From positions 30,070,001 to 30,134,000 of the forward strand of contig JAGIQG010000011.1 in the NCBI GenBank assembly GCA_024679065.1: 64,000 nt of DNA, given 5' to 3'. Positions 1 to 13,761 of the stretch are shown here, in pieces. Position 1 is the stretch's first letter. Each line of letters begins with the position of its first letter. Both the position numbers and the translations under genes were made by a program. The notes under the pieces were generated by a model. That model did no database searches, was not told where the DNA came from, and saw only the letters and a program-made list of their open reading frames with translations. This DNA comes from Sphyrna mokarran. Its lineage: Eukaryota.

Positions 1-822
1 GCCTCCACCACTTTACTTGGCAGCACATTCCATACCCCACCACCCTCTGTGTGAAAAAACTCCCTCTAGCATCCAAATTATACTTTACCCCCCTCAACCT
101 AAGCCTGTGACCCCTCGTGCTATTCGAGTCCATCCTAGGCAAAAGCTTAACCCTGTTTACTCTATTATACCCCTCATAATCTTGTATATCTCTATTAGAT
201 CTCCTCTAAGTCTACGTCTTTCTAGGGAAAACAGTCCCAATTTGCCTAATCTCTCCTCGTAACTCAGACCTTCCATACCAGGCAGCATCCTGGTAAACCT
301 CCTCTGCACACTCTCCAGAGTCTCCATGTCCTTCCAGTGGTAAGGCGACCAGAACTGGATGCAGTATTCCAAATGAGGTCTAACTAACGGTTTATACAAC
401 TGCAACATTAAAGGCCAGCTCTTGTACTCTCTACCCCTTCCTTTCAAGGCTAGCATACCATATGCTTTCTTCACAACCTTCTGCACCTGCTTTGCCATCT
501 TCAGAGATTTGTGCACCTGTACTCCCAAGCCCCTCTGCGTTTTTATACTCTTAATAGGTCTACCCTTTATCATATACCTCCCCCCTACATCCTTTCTCCT
601 GAAATGCATCACCTTGCATTTATCAGGATTGAATTCCATCTGCCATCTATCTGCCCAAGCTACCAGCCTATCTATGTCCTGCTGCATCGCCTGACAATGC
701 TCCTCACTGTCCGCAAGTCCAGCCATCTTTGTATCGTCTGCAAACTTGCTGATTACTCCACTTATTCCCTCTTTCAAGCCATTTATATATATTACAAATA
801 AAAGAGGTCCCAGTACCGAGCT
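1..822 (-). mobile_element. CR1 LINE fragment (RT C-terminus), family A (V-domain 3' UTR family); runs off the window start
   Basis: ORF 157..777(-) has SKFADDTK, WQMEFNPDKC, LVRPHLEYCIQFWSP and LERRRLRGDLIE motifs; same family as 16819, 43000 and 56908 copies. Confidence 0.93.
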
Positions 823-1527
823 CTGCTAGAAAAACTTTCGCAACACATGGGATTCCGGAGGTGCTGGTTTCCAACCTTGAATCGTTCTTCACCAACCAGA
901 AATTTGTCTATTTCATGAAGTCGAATGAAACATTAGTTCAGTGCCATATCATTCATCCTCCTACAGTGAGCCTCATGTTCCCAAATCTGGGGATGATCAA
1001 AGGAGGGAGAGAGTGGAAAGGCATCAAGAAGCCCAGGACTGAACCCACAATACCAGTTCTGAGAGAGACCTAAAAGTGGAGGATAAAGTATTCTTTAAAA
1101 AGTCATGGGAATGATCCTGCATGGCTACAAGGCACGGTTGACTCGCAGACAGGGCTGCTATCTTATAAAAGTCCGGATAGGGCTTACCATCCTGAGAAAA
1201 TAGTTGGACCATTTGAGATCATTAAATTCTTGGACCTTCCAGGAGCTAACAATCTCAGCACGTCAAACATCAAATTTCCAGGATCCACATAGCTCCTGCT
1301 CTCCAATTCCAATTAGAGGAAACTCTAATTCCAAAATGGACGTGGCAGACTAGTCACATCTACTCCCTTACTGCCTGAAGAAAGCAGTGAACCTGTGCTT
1401 CAGTATGTAAGTGAAAGAGATGAGATTTGCTACATCCCATCAATCTTGGATGTCAAGCTTGAGGAAATGCCTCAAGAGACACTCAGTGAACCAACTACCA
1501 AGGTTCCTCAGAAATATAGGGGAGTAA
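823..1527 (+). mobile_element. Degenerate Gypsy/Ty3 LTR retrotransposon internal region (integrase remnant to polypurine tract)
   Basis: ~837-920 translates FATHGIPEVLVS..FTNQKFVYFMKSN, resembling the Gypsy integrase F-x-x-H-G-I-P-E-x-x-V-S-D-N-G motif; purine tract ATAGGGGAGTAA ends at 1527. Confidence 0.65.
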
Positions 1528-1751
1528 TGTAATGACTTTAGCAAGGACCACAATGTGGACCTCTTAGAATTTGGGATCCCTGATTGGGCAAGCTATTACT
1601 GCCTTAATCGGTGAGGCCTGCTTGCAGAGTGTCGGGGTTACTGACAATCTGGCTTTATATTCTGAGTGCAGAAGTACCTGTCAGAGTATTTCTGACTATA
1701 TAAATAAATCTTAAATTTGGTGAAGTACGCCAGCCTCTGAGATATTTCACA
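1528..1751 (+). mobile_element. Putative 3' LTR of the Gypsy remnant
   Basis: Starts TGTAA directly after the PPT, ends TTCACA, and has an internal AATAAA near 1702. Confidence 0.55.
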
Positions 1752-4493
1752 GACAGAACTGCAAATTAGCTACTTTTTAATTCAAAAGCTTGCCTTAATT
1801 CTGGGAAATCACACAAATAACTTATCTTTTACTGGAATGACCACAAAAGTTGTGCTTCCAATTCTTTCTGTGAAATATCTTCTCAGATGCTGGTTCCAGT
1901 TCTTTGGGTAAGCCTACTCACCATTTTATAACCTTAAAGGTCTTGAAAGGTTGGGACCATGTTAAGAAGTTAAATGAAATACAATTCAAACAAGCTTGGA
2001 GTTTATTTACTTAAGGATTGCTTTCACCAGTTTCTCAACCAGATATCCCCAATTTTTCATAGTTGGAAGTTTGAATTCATAAAACTAAGAGTTATGTTCT
2101 AAAACATATAAATTGTGAACAAGATATTCATAACAATAATAGAGTAAAGGCATTGGATACTGAAAGTATGGGGGCACAGTGCACCAAAGTTGGTTGGCAT
2201 GTTAACCCAAATAAATTGGAGTTGCAATCCCAAGTTTTCATCAAATGGGTCTGGGCTGACAGCTGATAGTGGCCAGGAACAAATTCCCAGATTTCTTTGC
2301 TCCACAGTGATTGGAGTCTGATTTCTTTGCTTTCACTTTGCATCATGCAGCACAGATCATTTTGTTCTAAGGTGTGAGAATTAGAAATTTTGTGTTAGCT
2401 TTTTGATTAACCTTCCTTTCTTGCCTTTTTACTGCTGAAGGCACTGATCTCTTGCTGGTCTAATGGTTGCTCATTAAGCAAGTGACTACTGTTTCTCTGT
2501 GAACCTTGGAGCAGTTATTGACAGCCTATTCAATCATGCGACTTTGAGTGGGTCTAAGTATGCCTTTCATCAGTTTGGCGCACATGTTCTTCAAGCATGG
2601 GCCAGCAGAGAGGTTGAAATCCTGGCTTATTTTCTGTCCTTTGACCTCAGTGCCCCGGGCTAATTTTAAACACATTCCACTATTTCATCTTGGATCAACT
2701 AACCCAACGCAGGCCTAGCATTTGGCATGTGACCTTCTTGATATTTGCAGATCAAAATACTCAATGTATTCTTCAACTGTTATGAGAGGTTAACTGCTTC
2801 CTTTGTAATTGGAACACTAATGTTAAGACTCTAAGATTATATCTAATTCAAAGAATCTGGGGTAAAATCACACATTGTGCCATTAGCACATCAACATGTT
2901 CACATGTTTTTGGCTCATTTGATTGTCAATCCGCATTTTTATTTAAATAGCAGATAAAGGAATATGTGACAATATATCTATATAGTGGGCTATTTCACCA
3001 CGGTGCAGGTTTCCATGGTTGTGATGGTGGTAGTGATGGTCGGGGGAGCAGGGGAGATCATTGTTTGGTCTGATCGGGGCACCCTGATCTCAGTGTAGCT
3101 CCGCTGGCACATTGAGGTCCCACCTCTCTACATGACAGCATAAAACATGCCCAGCAGGTTTTTCTATGACAGACGATGGTAAGATCTGGAGAGAAACACC
3201 ATTTTCCTTGCCAGCACTAAAAGTAAATAAATAGTCATTTTTTTGGTAAGTTTTTGCCCATGGAGTCAGCAATCTTGCCACAGATCACAAAATGTTCTGC
3301 CTATGGCCACAGGAACCTTTAAAAAAATGATCAATGCTTTTTACCTACCAATGATCATGAGGAACTGAACATTGTGTAATTTTCAGGAATATAACTGCAA
3401 AGAATTTTATCACAGCAGTGGAGGAAAGGCTTTCATTGTTGACAAATTAGCAGGCAGTTGTCAGAAGCTTGTCAGTGGGGATATTCACTTATCCGGGCCA
3501 CAATTCTCCTATTGCGAACTGCAACTTTTCTGTCGGGTCGCGGTGGGAGATACTGGGAACGTATGCGCATCTCCCAGAGCCAGCGAACAGTCGCTGGTCA
3601 GACCATGCTGGAAACTGGTGGGAAGGCGTAAGTCATTTAAATCAGTTTTTGATATGTTTTAAATATGTGTATTAGTTAATTATCAAGACCTTTCTCCCAC
3701 CCTGGCAGGAGTATTTCATTCCGGCAGGGTTCAGACTAGTTCCCCATGTTCAGGGAATTAGCAGGAAATCCTGCAGGATTGAAGGCGGGCAATTAGGGCT
3801 CTCCAGGGGTTGGGCAATGAAGGGGAGGTAGTGACCCCTGAGCATGAGCACCCTGGTAATGTCAGACTGGGGGGCACTCTGGTACTGCTGATGCCTAAAG
3901 TGCTTATGCCTAAATAGACAGACAACGCCAAGAGAGCAGGACCTATTGTGGAAGAGCCTGGGGAGATCAGTGGGGGAAAGGGGTCTCACTGCCATCTGCA
4001 GACAGGATCAGTCTGAAATAGAGGAAGGACAGTGATTTGGGGGGGGCTGGTCTGCTAGATGGGAGGTGGTTGGGTTGCATGTTCAGGCCGCATTCCCCAG
4101 CAATGGCGATCCCCTCAAACCTCACATCATGGCAGAACCCTTCCCCACCCCACCCCCCCTCCGGAGTGGGGGTGAGGGTAGGGGTCAGGCCTGGCCCAGG
4201 AATTGCTGTGGGGACTGCGATTTGGCTATGGGAGGGGCTGGAGGGCTGCAATCAGGCTGGCCAGCAAACAGGAGGTTGACAGTTTGGGACCACTGCTTAT
4301 GGGTAGAGCTCCAGAACTGTCAAACTCCAACATGAGTATACCCACCCTCCTAGGTTTTTAATGAGATTCCCAACTAGGATTTCTGCATTGCCCAGAGTGT
4401 GGAACTTTAGGTATGAAGCGTAACTGACAGAACAATCAGGGTTTAGAACAGTTCTCCCACCAAAGTGGGGGTGAGCCTGCTGAGAATGCTCAG

Positions 4494-5024
4494 GTGGGTA
4501 GGGGGAATAAGAAATTGGGCCTAGTAATTGGAGATTCCATAGTTAGAGGGACAGATAGGAGAGTAAATAGTAATAAAAGTGACTCAGGGCTGGTGTGTTG
4601 CCTCCCAGGGGCTGGGGTCCAGGATGTCGCAGAGCGGGTTTTTAAGATTCTTAAGGGAGAGGGGAGTCAGCCCCAAGTCATAGTTCATGTAGGGACACAT
4701 GATATAGAAAGGACAAGGGAAGGGGATATTAAACAGAAATTTATGGAGTTGGGGTGGAAGCTTAGGGCCAAAACTGGCAGAGTGGTTATCTCTGGACTCT
4801 TGCCTGTGCCAAGGGATAGTTTAAAGAAGAACAGAGAGAGGGAATGTTTGAACTCGTGGCTGTGGGGATGGTGCAGGAGGGAGGGGTTCAGGTTCCTGAA
4901 CAATTGGGACTCATTCTGGGATAGGTGGGACTTCTACAAGAGAGAGGGTCTACACCTGAACCAGAGGGGAACTAATATCTTGGGGGGAAAATTTGCTAAG
5001 GCTATGCAGGGGGCTTTAAACTGA
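4494..5024 (+). CDS. CR1 ORF1 C-terminal SGNH/GDSL esterase-like domain (partial)
   Basis: VIGDSIVRG, CLPGA, VHVGTHD and EGLHLN motifs typical of CR1 ORF1 esterase. Confidence 0.88.
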   Translation: MGRGNKKLGLVIGDSIVRGTDRRVNSNKSDSGLVCCLPGAGVQDVAERVFKILKGEGSQPQVIVHVGTHDIERTREGDIKQKFMELGWKLRAKTGRVVISGLLPVPRDSLKKNRERECLNSWLWGWCRREGFRFLNNWDSFWDRWDFYKREGLHLNQRGTNILGGKFAKAMQGALN

Positions 5025-5139
5025 TTCGGGGGGGGGGGGTGGGATCCTAAGTAGTTGGGGTGCTAAGAGGGATGAGAGTAAGGGGGTCATAGAGGAAAGC
5101 TGTAAAACACAGCAGCGTACGGGTGGGGTAGGGCATGGT

Positions 5140-7906
5140 TTGAAATGCGTATACTTTAATGCAAGGAGTATTCGCAATAAGGGGGAGGAACTTGCAGCTT
5201 GGACCAGTACCTGGAACTTTGATGTTGTGGCCATTTCAGAGACTTGGGTAGAGCAGGGACAAGAATGGATGTTGCAGGTTCCGGGGTTCAAATGCTTTAG
5301 TCGGAGTAGAGAAGGAGGTAGAAGGGGGGGAGGAGTGGCATTATTAGTCAAAGACTGTATCACAGTGACAGAAAAGAAGTTTGATGAGGACTTGTCTGTT
5401 GAGGTAGTATGGGCTGAGATTAGAAACAGGAGAGGAGAGGTCACCCTGTTGGGAGTCTTTTATAGACCTCCTAAAAGTTCTAGAGAGGTAGAGGAAAGGA
5501 TTGCAAAGTCAATCCTGGACAGGAGTGAAAGTAATAGGGTAATTGTTATGGGGGACTTTAACTTTACTAATATTGATTGGAATAGCTATAGCTCTAGCTC
5601 GTTAGAGGGGTCAGTTTTTGTACAAAGTGTGCAGGAAGGTTTTTTGACTCAGTATGTAGATAGGCCAACTAGAGGTGAGGCTACATTGGATTTGGTGCTG
5701 GGCAATGAGCCAGACCAGGTGTTAGGCTTGGAAGTTGGTGAACATTTTGGTGATAGTGACCACAATTCGGTTACGTTCACCTTAGTGATGGATAGGGATA
5801 GGCATGAAGCTGGGGGCAGTAGTTATAGCTGGGGGAAGGGTAATTATGAGGCCATCAGGAGAGAATTAGGGTGCATAGATTGGACTAGGAAACTACAGGG
5901 ACTGGGAACATCTGGAATGTGGAGCTTATTCAAGGAGCAGCTGCTGCGAGTCCTTGATAAGTATGTCCCTGTCAGGCAAGGAGGAAATGGTCGAGTAAGG
6001 GAACCTTGGTGTACGAAAAAGTTGATTCGCTGGTTAAAAGGAAAAAGGAGGCTTATGTCAGGATGAGGCTTGAAGGCTCAGTTAGTGCAATGGATAGCTA
6101 TAGATTAGCCAGGAGGGAGCTAAAGAGTGAGTTGAGGAGAGCTAAGAGAGGACACGAGAAGACTTTGGCTGATAGGATTAAGGAGAATCCTAAAGCTTTC
6201 TTTAGATATGTTAAGAATAGAAGATTGGTTAGGACAAGATTAGGGCCAGTCATAGACAGCAGTGGGAAGTTGTGCGTGAAGCCTGAAGAGATTGGAGAGG
6301 CACTGAATAAATATTTCTCTTCGGTATTCACGCAGGGTGATGTAAATGTAGTTATGGAGAACACTGAGGTACAGGGTTGCAAACTGGAAAGTATTGAAGT
6401 AGATAGGGAGGATGTGCTAGATATTCTTGAGGGTTTGAAGTTGGATAAGTCCCCTGGGCCGGACGGGATTTACCCTAGGATTCTCTGGGAGGCAAGAGAG
6501 GCGATTGCAGAGCCTCTGGCTCTGATCTTCAGGTCGTCGTTGGTTACGGGTGTGGTTCCGGAGGACTGGAGGATAGCGAATGTGGTCCCATTGTTCAAGA
6601 AGGGGAAGAGAGACCTTCCAGGGAATTATAGGCCAGTGAGTCTTACTTCTGTTGTGGGCAAAGTATTGGAGAGAATTATTAGGGATAGGATTTATAGTTA
6701 TTTAGAGAGAAATGAATTGATTGGGGATAGTCAGCATGGTTTTGTGAAGGGTAGGTCGTGCCTTACTAACCTCATTGAGTTTTTTGAAAAAGTGACCAAA
6801 GAGGTGGATGGGGGTAAGGCGGTTGATGTGGTATATATGGACTTTAGTAAGGCGTTTGATAAGGTGGCCCATGGAAGACTTCTGCAGAAAATGCAGATGT
6901 ATGGGATAGAGGGTGATTTAGCTAATTGGATTAGGAATTGGCTAGCAGATAGAAGACAGAGGGTGGTGGTTGATGGGAGATATTCATCGTGGAGTTCGGT
7001 GACAAGTGGTGTGCCTCAGGGGTCTGTTTTGGGACCCCTGCTGTTTGTAATTTTTATAAATGATCTGGATGAGGGTATTGAGGGATGGATTAGTAAATTT
7101 GCAGATGACACTAAAGTCGGTGGAGTGGTAGATAGTGAAGAGGGGTGTTATAGTTTACAGAGTGACTTGGACAAGTTGCAGAGCTGGGCCGAGAGGTGGC
7201 AAATGGAGTTTAATGTGGAAAAGTGTGAGGTAATGCACTTTGGCAGGAATAATAAATGTGTAGAGTATAGGGCTAATGGTAGGATTCTTAATAGTGTTGA
7301 TGAACAGAGGGATCTTGGTGTATATGTGCATAGATCCCTGAAAGTAGGCAGTCAAGTCGATAAGGTTGTTAAGAAGGCATATGGAGTCTTAGCTTTTATT
7401 GGTAGGGGGATTGAATTTCGGAGCCGCAACGTCATGTTGCAACTGTACAAAACTCTAGTGCGGCCGCACTTGGAGTATTGTGTGCAGTTCTGGTCCCCAC
7501 ATTATAAAAAGATGTGGAGGCATTGGAGAGGGTACAGAGGAGGTTTACCAGGATGTTGCCTGGTATGGAGGGCAGGTCTTATGAAGAGAGGCTGAGGGAT
7601 TTGAGGTTGTTTTCGTTAGAAAGGAGGCGGCTAAGAGGGGACCTTATCGAAACATATAAGATGATTAGAGGTTTAGATAGGGTGGACAGTGATAGCCTTT
7701 TTCCTAGGATGGAGAAAGCTAGCACGAGGGGACACAGCTTTAAATTAAGGGGTGATAGTTATAGGACGGATATCAGAGGTAGGTTCTTTACTCAAAGGGT
7801 GGTTAGGGAGTGGAATGCCCTGCCTGCAGCTGTTGTAGATGCGCCAAGTTTGGTGGCGTTTAAGAGGTTAGTTGATAAGTATATGGAAGAGAAGGGAATG
7901 GTTTAG
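5140..7906 (+). pseudogene. CR1 ORF2 (AP endonuclease + reverse transcriptase) split by two -1 frameshifts (~6018, ~7508)
   Basis: YFNARSI, ISETW, GVFYRPP, MGDFN and SDH (APE); YRPVSLTS, QHGF, GVPQGSVLGP and FADD (RT) in three overlapping ORFs. Confidence 0.93.
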
Positions 7907-9513
7907 TTTGGAGGGTCATTGCTTTTTATATTGGTCGGCGCAACATCAAAGGCCGAAGGGCCTGTTCTGTGCTGTAATGTTCTATGTTCTATAAATCAAC
8001 ACTTTTGGAAGAATCACAGCCCCAGTTTCAGGTTCAGTGCTGTGTCCTGTACTGGTGATCTGCAGCATCTGCAAACAATTCAAAAAACCAACAAGACTCC
8101 AACTGAGTAGATAATCCTCACTAAGGTGCACAGAGTGGGAAATTCATCCATGATGTTTCGGAGGTTTGGCATCCCTTGTTGGAGCATACTGTGCCACATA
8201 ACAGCCTTTTCAAAACAATGCCCATGTAGGCAACCCCAAGGTGTGCTGGAAACATATAAAGCAGCCCTATCCTGGAATCTCGCAGTCCAGCTGGCTGATG
8301 TGTTGTCAGGATACCTAATTTGGATAGGCAATGAAAATAAACAAATGGAGACAGAAATGCAAGACAGATATTGGAATAGAAAATGCTTCCCTTTTTATGA
8401 GAGTTCTTTAAAGGGCCAGGCATCTAAGCTGTGGAAGTTAAGTAATTTTTAAGAACTTGCGTTGTTGCAGTATCTGATTGATTTTGTTTTTAGAGCTTAT
8501 GTGGTGAGTTCCTGTGTTGCTCTATCCTGAGAGGAAGGGCATTTGGTGACTTGGCCACACTGAGGTTGCTACAGGTATGGAGCTGCTAGTGACAGTGGCT
8601 TTGGATCTGCAGCAGTTCAAGGAGATGGAGCAAAGCTGCTGAGAGAACAAGCTCGGCACCGTTTCATTTGCAAATGTGGAATCTAAACCTTCCATGCTCT
8701 TGGATAGTGGTAGGGGATTATCTAATTGGGCAGACAGTGTACCCAACACTTCTACGAATGTCCATTAGTGGTCTCTGCTTACCACTAAGGTCTTCAACTG
8801 AATCCTGTGCCTCTGGGGAGATGACAAGCAAGTCATCCTTTACTTTTGCTTTGGCTGCAACCCACTGATGCCTGTATGACTAACTATCTACTGATCCCAA
8901 ATCTTTATTAGGTCCTTAGGTGCCAGTCTGAGCTGGTGGCTCTGAGTGTCTGATCAATTGACAGGATCCTAGTGCTATTCTGTTGTTCACTTTTCTCCTC
9001 CCAGGGCTTATGATCTCTGTGAAAACTGATAACTTTTAAATTTATATTCAAACTACCTGATTTTACATTTTTTAAAGGTTTTTTTCTATGACAAAATGTT
9101 ATATTTGAAGGTAACTTACATTTTAAACTACAAAACAGAGCATTCCCCTTTTTTATTTTAACTAAACCGAAACATGCTTCACAAACATGCTATACGTACA
9201 CTGCTCTTTAACTAGCCATCACTTCTCCCATAACCATTCCAAGGTGATTTAGCTCCTAAGGGTTTACTTCTGTTCTATTCTTTTCTCAGCCTAGGACCTC
9301 TTAATCTCAAAACTGTCTTTCATGATGAGGTATCTTCCCCAGAGCATGCCACACAAATTTTCTAAGTTTTAATTTCACATAAATTTGGTTTTTCACCCCA
9401 AACACAAGCTTCCCATACTCATTCCTGTGCCTTTCTTCCTTGCCTGGATTCTAGCAGACTAACCTCGCCGATGGCCCCTCGGTTTGAAATTTTTACATCA
9501 TGTCTGATAATCT

Positions 9514-9815
9514 GGGCGGAATGGTTAGCTCTGCCGCCTGACACCATCAGCAACTTAGGTTCAATTCCAGCCTCCAGTGACTGTCCATGTGGAGCTTGCA
9601 TGTTCTCTGTGTCTGCATGAGTTTCCTCCAGGTGCTCCAGTTTCCTCACACTCCATGTGCAGATTAGGTTGCTTGGTCATGACATATTGCCACACAATGT
9701 CAAGAAGATTAGGAGGGTAAATACATGGGGTTACAGGGATAAGAACTGGGTGGGATTGTCAGTGATGCAGGCTTGATGGAGCAAATAACTACCTTCTGCA
9801 ATTTAGGGATTTGAT
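9514..9815 (+). mobile_element. tRNA-derived V-SINE (HE1-like)
   Basis: tRNA-like head (GGTTAGC..GGTTCAATTCC), V core TGTGGAGCTTGCATGTTCTC...CAGTTTCCTC, and CR1-type tail. Confidence 0.8.
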
Positions 9816-11559
9816 AATAGCAGAATGACAGTAACCTGGGGATTGAGAGAGGCAAAAGGCAGGAAAATACCACCATTCTCAATGTTCTTAGCAGTGTTCA
9901 CTGACATTGGCTCTGTCTCTGCTGACAAGAACCATTTCTTCCATAGGGCCCAGAGATATAGGCACCCTTGTTCCCCAGCAGTACTGGTCCAGATGTTGGT
10001 CATATGGCAGCTAAGAGGTGTCACTGGAAGATTCATTTAAGCATCTTCACCACCTATATGCAGCTATTAGACTTCTTACTAACCTGCAGAGCTAAAAACC
10101 AGAAAGTATAAAGTAGGAAATATAAATTATATTCAGGAAGTAAAATAAACATTGGGAAATAAAGATGAGATTAAAAGATGGAGTTTAGAGACATAGGAAA
10201 AACAAAATTTTTAAAATCAACATTAATTTTCTTCTGAGGAAATGTGATTTCACATTGTAATTTTTATTTTTCAATATAAGATCAGTCATAGTAATTGAAT
10301 AATATATTGTGCTGTTAAAAACTGTCACTTCTGAACATAGAGCTTTTGTTTAAGCCAAGTGGACAAGTGCAGTAAGTTCATGTATTGCAGTAATTTCAAT
10401 GCAAAATCTATCAACAAGCACTGCAACAGTGCACCCTCTGGCAGAACAGATTATTTCTGACAGCAACTTCCAGATATCTGCACTTAAGTTCGCTTTATAA
10501 TAATAGAACACAATGGGGGCGATTTTACCATTTTGATTCTAAGTGCTGAATCTGAGCATGATTCAAATCTGACTTGTAAGCCTGTTCTCAGGCACCCCCA
10601 TTCGCACTCAGCCTGGAAAAAGGTCACACATCCGAATTGCACCGTGGGTGGGGTTTATCATGCACAAAACACTGCAGCTCTGATCAGAGCTTTCAACTGC
10701 ACGTGCACAGTAAAAAAAAAACATTGAAAAACGCTCTCCTGCCACATCATTCCTGGGCTGCAAAAAGCAGATAAAGTGGCCCAGGAATGATGGCCCCACA
10801 GACATTGCCGCCCCCCCCCAAACAACATAACTGTTCCCCTTATCCACACCTCCACTACCCAGGCTGATCGTGACACCCTTTTCAAAAGCTGGAGCATTTG
10901 AAATAGACCTTTGTCAAGCCTGTCTGTTCACGCCAAATCTGGGGGGGGAAAGCTAGCAGTATGTAGAGAACTGTGATTTTTCTCTGAATTGGCCAATTAA
11001 TAGCCAGATGGCAGACAGACTGTCGCTAAGGGTAAATATGAGGCCTTCCAGTACTGACAAAGCAACTGACTGTCTTTCAGGTAAGCGGGAAAAGGCATCT
11101 CTAGACAGAGGCACTTCTCACCAACTATTTTTAAACTTGATTTTTTTTTAAATTGCCATTGGTAGCCAGACCACCCTTTTGGAGGGAGAGCCCATCCAAA
11201 AGGCAGCCATATCTTCAGCTATATCTGGAGCCTGGAAAGCAGAGACGATTTCAAAGACTGCCTGGAGCATCACCGCCTTCCTCACCTAATTATTGAGAAG
11301 TCTCCACCATGCAGCTGGTTATTTCTATAATGCCTCTGAGGGCCTGAATACTGACTGGAAAATTCCAATTAAGTCTCTGACAATAGACTTTGATAGGCTT
11401 TTAAAAATTGTTAATTTACTACCCAACAGCCCAGGGGAGAGATGGTGACAGAAAACGGGCATGCCAATCCATGGTGTGAACTTCTGTGCCTGCTTGTCTC
11501 CATGCTTGTACCAAATAGGGCCTAAAGCTTCATCCCTTGGGCATTAGATTCATGGTGGG

Positions 11560-11795
11560 AGATATAGGGGGATGTCCAAGGTAGATTCTTTATCAGAGTG
11601 GTTGGGGTGTGGAATGCACACCTGCTGTGATAGTGAAGTTGGACAGTTTAGGAACTTTCAGTTAGATTTTGCATGTGCACTTGGAGCACACCAGAATGAT
11701 AGGGAGTGGGATAGCTTGCTCTTGGGTTTGGACATAGCTTGGCACAACATTGAGGGCCGAAGGCCTGTACTGTGCTGTACTGTTCTACATTCTGC
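11560..11795 (+). mobile_element. Old CR1 3'-end fragment
   Basis: CAGAGTGGTTGGGGTGTGGAATGC; tail GGGCCGAAGGCCTGTACTGTGCTGTACTGTTCTA. Confidence 0.7.
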
Positions 11796-11799
11796 ATGA

Positions 11800-12935
11800 A
11801 ACAGATCATTGGAGGAAGAAGCTCTACAAAAATCCCTATCCTCAATAATGAAGGAGCCCAGGACCTCTGTGCAAAAGAGGGGGCAACCTTCCGCTGGTTA
11901 CAGTCATATCTGGCACAAAAAAAGATGATTGTGTTGGTTGAAGGTTAAACATTTTGGCTCCAGGATATCACTGCAGGAGTTTGTCAGGGTAGTGTCATAG
12001 CCCCAACAGCTGCTTCATCAATGATCTGTCTTCCATTCTAAGGTCAGAGTGGAATGTTTGAAGATAACTGCACAATGAGCAACACCATCTGTGATGACTC
12101 AGATATTGAAGCACTTCATTTGCAAATGCAAAAAAACCTGGATAACATCCAGACTTGGGCTAACAAGTGGCAAATACAGTGCGCCAGGCAATGATCATCT
12201 CCAACAAGAGAGAATTTAACCATTGCCCCATGACATTCAGTGGCATTACTATCTCTGAATCCCCTATTATTAGGGGATAACCTAAGGGTTACCATCAACC
12301 AGAAACTGAACCTGACTGGCCATATAAATGTTGTGTCTACCAAAGTAGGTCAAAGCCAAGGAATATTGCAGCAAGTAACTTGACCCTCCACCACCCCCAA
12401 AAGTCTGTCTGAATCTACAAGACACAAGTTAAGAGTGTAATGGAATACTCTCCACTTGCCTGGATACTCTCCATTTGCCTGGATGAATGCAACTCCAACA
12501 ATGCTCACAAAGATGGAGAGCATCCAGAACAAAACAGACTGCTTGATTTCTACCCCGTCTGCAAGCATTTAATCCCTCCACCAGTGATAAACAGTGGCAG
12601 CCATATGTACCATCTGCAAGATTTCACCAAGGTTCCTTAGGTAACACCTTCCAAATGCACAACTATTACCATCTGGAAGATAAGAGCAGCAGATGTCTGA
12701 GAGCACCACCACCTGGAAGTTCACCTCCAAGTCACTCACCATCCTGACTTAGGAGTATATCGCTGTTCCTTTACTATTGCTGGGTCAAAACACTAGAATA
12801 CCCTCGCTAATAGCAATATGGTTGTACCTATGCCTCATGGACTGCAGTGGTTCAAGAAGGCACCTCTGCCATCTGAAGGGCAACTCAGGATGGGCAATAA
12901 ATACTGGCCTTGCCAAAGGTGCCTACATTCTATAA
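11800..12935 (+). mobile_element. Degenerate CR1/L2-clade LINE 3' half (family D)
   Basis: Remnants of GVxQGSVxG.P, MEYSPLAW and tail GGGCAACTCAGGATGGGCAATAAATACTGGCC; homologous to 38100-39200. Confidence 0.7.
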
Positions 12936-13501
12936 AACACATGTTTGAAAAAAATGTACCACCCCTCATCTATTTCCTTCATAAAAATCAATTCCAATGA
13001 TTTAGATTGATGACTTTTCATCAGAATGAAAGGTCATCAACTTGAAATGCTAACTTTTTTACTCTTCACAGATGACATAAGACCTGCTGAATATTTCTGA
13101 TTTTTATCACTAATCCAAATTGCTCTGCTAATAGTAATAATCTTTTAACACTCTTTGCTTTACCTATGTATGTATTTCATCCTTTCAAATATGCAATGGT
13201 TTTTGTCTGAACTATCTCTTTCTCCAAACAGCTCTCTTTATTCTCTTTTACCAAATCCTCAGCCATTTTCCTTATTTGCCTGATTAAAACTTACTTTCTT
13301 AACAATCTTTATTCCATGGGAAATAGTCTCACTTCAAGACTGTTTGGTATTGTCCTGCTGAAACTAGACTGTAGCTTTAATGGTCCTTCTGAAATTGGTT
13401 GCCATGACCATTGCCTTATACAAGTAATCTTTTTACATTTATGTGCCATGCCTCCTGACTGGATCCAAATCCAAAATCTTCTGATTCAATATGGAAATTT
13501 T

Positions 13502-13761
13502 GGGGGTGATTCTCCCAAAAGTGCTGAATTGGTAGGAAAACTGTTCTGGATGATGACTGTTTTTTCAGTGTAGCTTCACACTCTGTGCAATACAGAGGTC
13601 ACAATTGGGAATCTTATTAAAAACCCAGAAGGGTTCTCCAGCTCTGGGAGATGCGCATGCATTTCCAGTACATGTGCAAATGCCGGGAAAAGGCCTAAGA
13701 TGTGATTCTCCCTACCAAACCCACCAGAAAAGTTGCAGGTCACGATGGGAGAATCAGGCCC
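13502..13761. mobile_element. MITE (PIF/Harbinger-like) with terminal inverted repeats
   Basis: Left GGGGGTGATTCTCCC, right GGGAGAATCAGGCCC. Confidence 0.6.

Larger units (their letters stand above)
4430..7991 (+). mobile_element. Young, near-complete CR1 LINE (family B), 5'-truncated within ORF1
   Basis: ORF1 esterase part, ORF2 APE+RT, and a 3' tail GAAGGGCCTGTTCTGTGCTGTAATGTTCTATGTTCTAT. Confidence 0.95.

Noticed and set aside
9514-9580. tRNA-like A/B-box sequences here and at 31114 and 58465
   Set aside because: SINE heads followed by V core and LINE tail; not tRNA genes
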